Assembly (NCBI RefSeq): GCF_001457595.1
Contig: NZ_LN831039.1
Coordinates: 3,360,001 to 3,392,000, forward strand
From: Mycolicibacterium smegmatis
GTDB taxonomy: Bacteria > Actinomycetota > Actinomycetes > Mycobacteriales > Mycobacteriaceae
Direction of reading: 5' to 3'
DNA: 32,000 nucleotides
Below are positions 28,618 to 32,000 of the stretch, one piece after another (position 1 is the stretch's first letter; every line of letters begins with the position of its first letter). The notes under the pieces were generated by a model. It saw only the letters and a list, made by a program, of their open reading frames with translations. It was not told where the DNA came from and did no database searches. A program made the translations under genes and the position numbers.

Positions 28618-29610
28618 ATGCGCACGACGGCGATCAGTTGTGCAATCGCCTGTAGCGCAATGGTTGTCGGCCCCGGCATGGCAGGCACAGCGGTCGCATC
28701 CGCTGATCTGTTCGGGGTCGGTGGAATCCTCGACATCTTCGACCACCACAAGGATCAGAAGAAAAAGAAGCACTCCGAGCGCGGCGCAAACGTCCGCGGC
28801 CAGCAGAACGGCGGCAGCGCCTCGCAGGCCGGCGACCGCGGCAGTCGGCGCGCGCCGGGTTTCGGGCCCGGCCCTCGGCATGCCGGCCCGGATCGCAGTG
28901 GCCGGCCCGGTGCCCATCGCGCCCCCGATCGCCCGGGGCCTGCAGGCAACCGGCAGGGGCAGCCCTCGTCAGCGGACGACCGCGACGACCAGCAGACCGG
29001 GACGGCCCGTCGTTCCGCACAATCTGTCGACGTGCCCGAGTCAGCGATCACGGGTGCGCGCATCACACCACCCGCGGTCGTGGCGGGCGGCGGCGGCAAC
29101 GGCGTCAGCCGGGTGCCCACCGGCGGAACCACCGGGCGCGCACCCGATCTCGCCCCGGTGCCGACCGCGCCGAGCAACCGCAGCATCGTGATCCGGGCCC
29201 AGCCGCCGGTCGCCTCCGCGCCATCGGTTCCCGCTGCGCCGGTCGCACCGGTGCCGGTCGCGGTGCCTCCGGTGCCGCCCGTCCCGGTGGTCGTCGCGCC
29301 TCCCGGCGCGCCGGCCGGTGGAGGCGGGGCACCCGCCTCACCGGCCACGCCGAGCGTTCCTGCCCTCACCCCGCCGGCCGTGACGGCACCGGCACCTGCG
29401 GGCCCGCCACCGAACGCGGTACCGGCGTCGTTCCGGGTCGGTTACGCGGACTACCTGCGCACGGCGAACAACATGGATCTGCTCTTCGCGGTGCTGCCAG
29501 GGATGGCCGGGCTAGTGCTGCTCACCGCGGCAGGCGGCGCGATCGGGGTCCGTCACGCGCGTGCCGCGCAGGCGGTGCCCGCACCGCAGATCGCGCGCTT
29601 CATGGCGTGA
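28618..29610 (+). CDS. Secreted/anchored Pro-Ala-rich protein of unknown function
   Basis: Signal peptide (MRTTAISCAIACSAMVVGPGMAGTAVASA), low-complexity Pro/Val/Ala middle, C-terminal TM (LLFAVLPGMAGLVLLTAAGGAIGV) and basic tail. The track ORF from 27913 overlaps the cyclase antisense; ATG at 28618 is used. Confidence 0.7.
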   Translation: MRTTAISCAIACSAMVVGPGMAGTAVASADLFGVGGILDIFDHHKDQKKKKHSERGANVRGQQNGGSASQAGDRGSRRAPGFGPGPRHAGPDRSGRPGAHRAPDRPGPAGNRQGQPSSADDRDDQQTGTARRSAQSVDVPESAITGARITPPAVVAGGGGNGVSRVPTGGTTGRAPDLAPVPTAPSNRSIVIRAQPPVASAPSVPAAPVAPVPVAVPPVPPVPVVVAPPGAPAGGGGAPASPATPSVPALTPPAVTAPAPAGPPPNAVPASFRVGYADYLRTANNMDLLFAVLPGMAGLVLLTAAGGAIGVRHARAAQAVPAPQIARFMA

Positions 29611-29651
29611 GCCCCGTGCTGATCTGAGGCGACGCGCCCGATCTCACATCG

Positions 29652-29703
29652 AGATTGCACTGAGGGACAGATCCCGAGCGGGATCTGTCCCTCAGTGCAA
29701 TCT
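29652..29703. terminator. Perfect 25-bp inverted repeat (2-nt centre); probable bidirectional terminator
   Basis: AGATTGCACTGAGGGACAGATCCCG-AG-CGGGATCTGTCCCTCAGTGCAATCT, between a + strand CDS end (29610) and the 3' end of a - strand tRNA (29784). Confidence 0.7.
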
Positions 29704-29783
29704 GGAGTTCTCCCGCGCAGGCCGCGACCGCGCCGAGCACATCGAAAAGACTGCGCAAAATGCGCGTGATCAGGTGTTTCTGG

Positions 29784-29857
29784 TGCCCTCGGTGAGATTC
29801 GAACTCACACTGTACGGGTTTTGAATCCGTTTCCTCTGCCAGTTGGGATACGAGGGC
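29784..29857 (-). tRNA. tRNA with CAA anticodon (tRNA-Leu by anticodon), short variable arm
   Basis: GCCCTCG/CGAGGGC acceptor, T arm GTGAG-TTCGAAT-CTCAC, anticodon loop TTCAAAA, discriminator A, genomically encoded CCA at 29781-29783. Confidence 0.88.
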
Positions 29858-29942
29858 GTGCGGCCGTTTCCGTCCTGCGGGATACCACCATAGATGATGC
29901 CCTGCAGTCGCTGATCATCGGCTGTCACGACACAATGTTGGC

Positions 29943-30569
29943 ATGACCGGGTCAACGACTGACGCTGACAGACCGCGCCGCGTACTCATCGCCGAGGACG
30001 AAGCACTCATCCGACTCGATCTCGCCGAGATGTTGCGCGAGGAGGGGTATGAGGTTGTCGGTGAGGCCGGAGACGGCCAGGAGGCCGTCGAGATGGCCGA
30101 GAGCCTGCGGCCGGATCTCGTGATCATGGACGTCAAGATGCCGCGGCGCGACGGCATCGACGCGGCCTCGGAGATCGCCTCCAAGCGCATCGCGCCCATC
30201 GTGATCCTGACGGCCTTCAGCCAGCGCGAGTTGGTGGAGCGTGCCCGCGACGCAGGCGCCATGGCCTACCTGGTGAAGCCGTTCAACATCAACGACCTGG
30301 TGCCTGCCATCGAGGTCGCGGTCAGCCGCTTCGCAGAGCTGAGTGCACTGGAGACCGAGGTCGCGACGCTGTCGGAGCGACTGGAGACCCGCAAGCTCGT
30401 CGAACGTGCCAAAGGTTTGCTACAGGCCAAGTACAAGATGACCGAGCCCGAGGCGTTCAAGTGGATCCAGCGGGCCGCGATGGACCGGCGCACGACGATG
30501 AAGCGGGTGGCCGAGGTGGTGCTCGAGACGTTGGACGACACCAAGCAGGCCCCGGCGCCTGAGCAGTGA
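29943..30569 (+). CDS. pdtaR: ANTAR-domain response regulator PdtaR
   Basis: RRVLIAEDEALIRLDLAEMLREEGYEVVGEAGDGQEAV receiver, LVIMDVKMPRRDGIDAA, C-terminal ANTAR (KLVERAKGLLQAKYKMTEPEAFKWIQRAAMDRRTTMKRVAEVVL). Confidence 0.96.
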   Translation: MTGSTTDADRPRRVLIAEDEALIRLDLAEMLREEGYEVVGEAGDGQEAVEMAESLRPDLVIMDVKMPRRDGIDAASEIASKRIAPIVILTAFSQRELVERARDAGAMAYLVKPFNINDLVPAIEVAVSRFAELSALETEVATLSERLETRKLVERAKGLLQAKYKMTEPEAFKWIQRAAMDRRTTMKRVAEVVLETLDDTKQAPAPEQ

Positions 30570-30714
30570 GCGCCCGTCGCCTCGGTTAATTATTCGTTTC
30601 AGGGCTCACGCACACGCGGTGTTCTCGAGGTTTTCACCGGCATTTATACGGAACAGCGAACGACGCGCCGGAAACGCATCGTTCAACATCGCGCACGCAG
30701 GGCGGTGGTTGGCT

Positions 30715-30795
30715 ATGTTCTACCCGGAGCGTCGGCGGCATCCCGGAAACCGGGTCTCGCCAACGGCGTCGCTGACAACTTTGACCCGGAGGTGA
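30715..30795 (+). CDS. Candidate 26-aa upstream ORF preceding the amino-acid-binding protein gene
   Basis: ATG TTC TAC CCG ... ACC CGG AGG TGA encodes MFYPERRRHPGNRVSPTASLTTLTRR. The stop lies inside the SD region, 4 nt before the GTG at 30800. Confidence 0.35.
   Translation: MFYPERRRHPGNRVSPTASLTTLTRR
30742..30793 (+). promoter_or_regulatory. Mutually exclusive hairpins; one sequesters the SD of the downstream gene
   Basis: CCCGG-AAA-CCGGG (30742-30754) competes with CCGGGTC (30750-30756) pairing to GACCCGG (30784-30790), whose last GG belongs to the GGAGG SD (30789-30793). Confidence 0.4.
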
Positions 30796-30799
30796 AGCG

Positions 30800-32000
30800 T
30801 GCGCGGTCGCGTGGCACGAAAGGCATTTGCTCTCGGTAGTGCGGGAGTGGTGGCGCTGGCAATTGCCGGCTGTAATCAGTCGACGCCCGAAGAGGAAGCA
30901 GCCCAGACCGACCTGAAGATCGTCGAGAAGGTGCAGATCGACGAGAACGGTGCCGAGGTGACGGGCGCGGGCGATGTGACCCCCGCCGATCCCGCAGGTG
31001 ACGGAAACGCCGTGTGCCCGCCGGTGATGATCGCGATGATGGGCGCCCTCAACGGCCCCGACGCCGCGCTCGGCATCAACATCAAGAACGGCGTGCAGAT
31101 GGCGATCGACAAGCACAACGCCGCCAACGCCCAGTGCCAGGTTCAGCTGAAAGCGTTTGACACCGAAGGTGATCCGCAGAAGGCCACCGGTGTCGCACCG
31201 CAGATCGTCGACGAGCCGTTCATCATCGGCGTGGTCGGCCCCGCGTTCTCGGGCGAGACCAAGGCCACCGGTGACGTGTTCAACCAGGCCGGTCTGGTGG
31301 CGACCACCGCATCGGCCACCAACGTCCAGCTGAGCGAGAACGGCTGGCGCACGTTCTTCCGCGGCCTGGCGAACGACGGCGTGCAGGGTCCGTCGGTGGC
31401 CAACTACATGAAGAACACCCTGGAGAACAAGAAGGTCTGCGTCGTCGACGACAGCACCGACTACGGTCTGGGGCTCGCCGAGGCCGTGCGCACGACGCTC
31501 GGACCGGTCGCCGACGCCTCGTGCAACATCTCGGTGAAGAAGGGCGACAAGGACTTCTCGGCCGCCGTCACCCAAATCAAGGGCGCCGCACCGGATTCGG
31601 TGTTCTACAGCGGGTACTACTCGGAGGCCGCGCCGTTCGTGCAGCAGCTCAAGGACGGCGGCGTGGAGGCGACGTTCATCAGTGCAGACGGCACGAAGGA
31701 TCCCGAGTTCGTCAAGCAGGCCGGCGAGTCCTCCAAGGGTGCGCTGCTGTCGTGCCCGTGCGGCCCGGCCACCGCCGAGTTCGCCGAGGAGTACACGCAG
31801 AAGTTCGGTCAGGAACCCGGCACCTACAGCACCGAGGGCTACGACCTGGGCACGATCCTGCTGAAGGGCATCGACTCCGGCGCCATCACCCGCGCCGACC
31901 TGCTCAACTACGTCCGCAACTACGAGGGCCAGGGCGTGGCCCGTAAGTACCAGTGGACCGACAACGGCGAGCTGACCACCACCCTGATCTGGATGTACGA
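30800..32000 (+). CDS. Branched-chain-type amino-acid ABC transporter substrate-binding lipoprotein (partial, runs off window)
   Basis: GTG at 30800 after GGAGGTGAAG. Lipobox LAIAGC; type I periplasmic binding fold (PPVMIAMMGALNGPDAALGINIKNGVQMAIDKHN, FIIGVVGPAFSGETKA, KVCVVDDSTDYGLGLAEAV, FYSGYYSEAAPFVQQLKDGGV). Absent from the ORF track because no stop is reached. Confidence 0.9.

Noticed and set aside
29652-29703. 25-bp inverted repeat as terminal repeats of an insertion sequence or MITE
   Set aside because: The arms are separated by only 2 nt, there is no internal sequence, and no target-site duplication is apparent.
1-32000. Defence island, CRISPR array, prophage, BGC or toxin-antitoxin system
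   Set aside because: No cas-like, phage, transposase, integrase, NRPS/PKS or convincing TA genes are visible. Gene content is core metabolism, respiration, transport and signalling.

Overview
Ordinary chromosomal (non-accessory) window from a high-GC mycobacterium. Gene content and order match what I recall of Mycolicibacterium smegmatis; this is memory-based and no search was run. On the + strand from the left: trpA, lgt (with a very long acidic C-terminal extension), a TM2 protein, a DUF2752 protein, gltB, gltD, pyk and tesB. On the - strand: a DUF4190-like protein, then cydA-cydB-cydD-cydC and an HdeD/DUF308 protein. Then on the + strand: a glutamate/polar amino-acid ABC importer (SBP-permease-ATPase), a rhodanese-type sulfurtransferase, a NarL-type histidine kinase/response regulator pair, a large DUF2339-like membrane protein and Dps2. 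These are followed by a convergent membrane-anchored class III adenylate cyclase (-), a secreted Pro/Ala-rich protein (+), a tRNA with CAA anticodon (-), pdtaR (ANTAR regulator, +) and a branched-chain-type amino-acid binding lipoprotein running off the right edge. I see no CRISPR, prophage, IS element or obvious novel multi-gene system. The best leads are: (1) a 26-codon uORF with mutually exclusive hairpins that can mask the SD of the terminal amino-acid-binding lipoprotein gene; (2) a Leu-anticodon (CAA) tRNA with a short, class-I-like variable arm; (3) cydD with no canonical start codon and a CTGA overlap with cydB; (4) a 25-bp perfect inverted repeat and a second imperfect 24-bp hairpin between convergent units; (5) a bulged hairpin plus direct repeat in the gltB leader; (6) a direct-repeat/palindrome operator-like region before the glutamate-type importer; (7) several genes with leaderless-type promoters.
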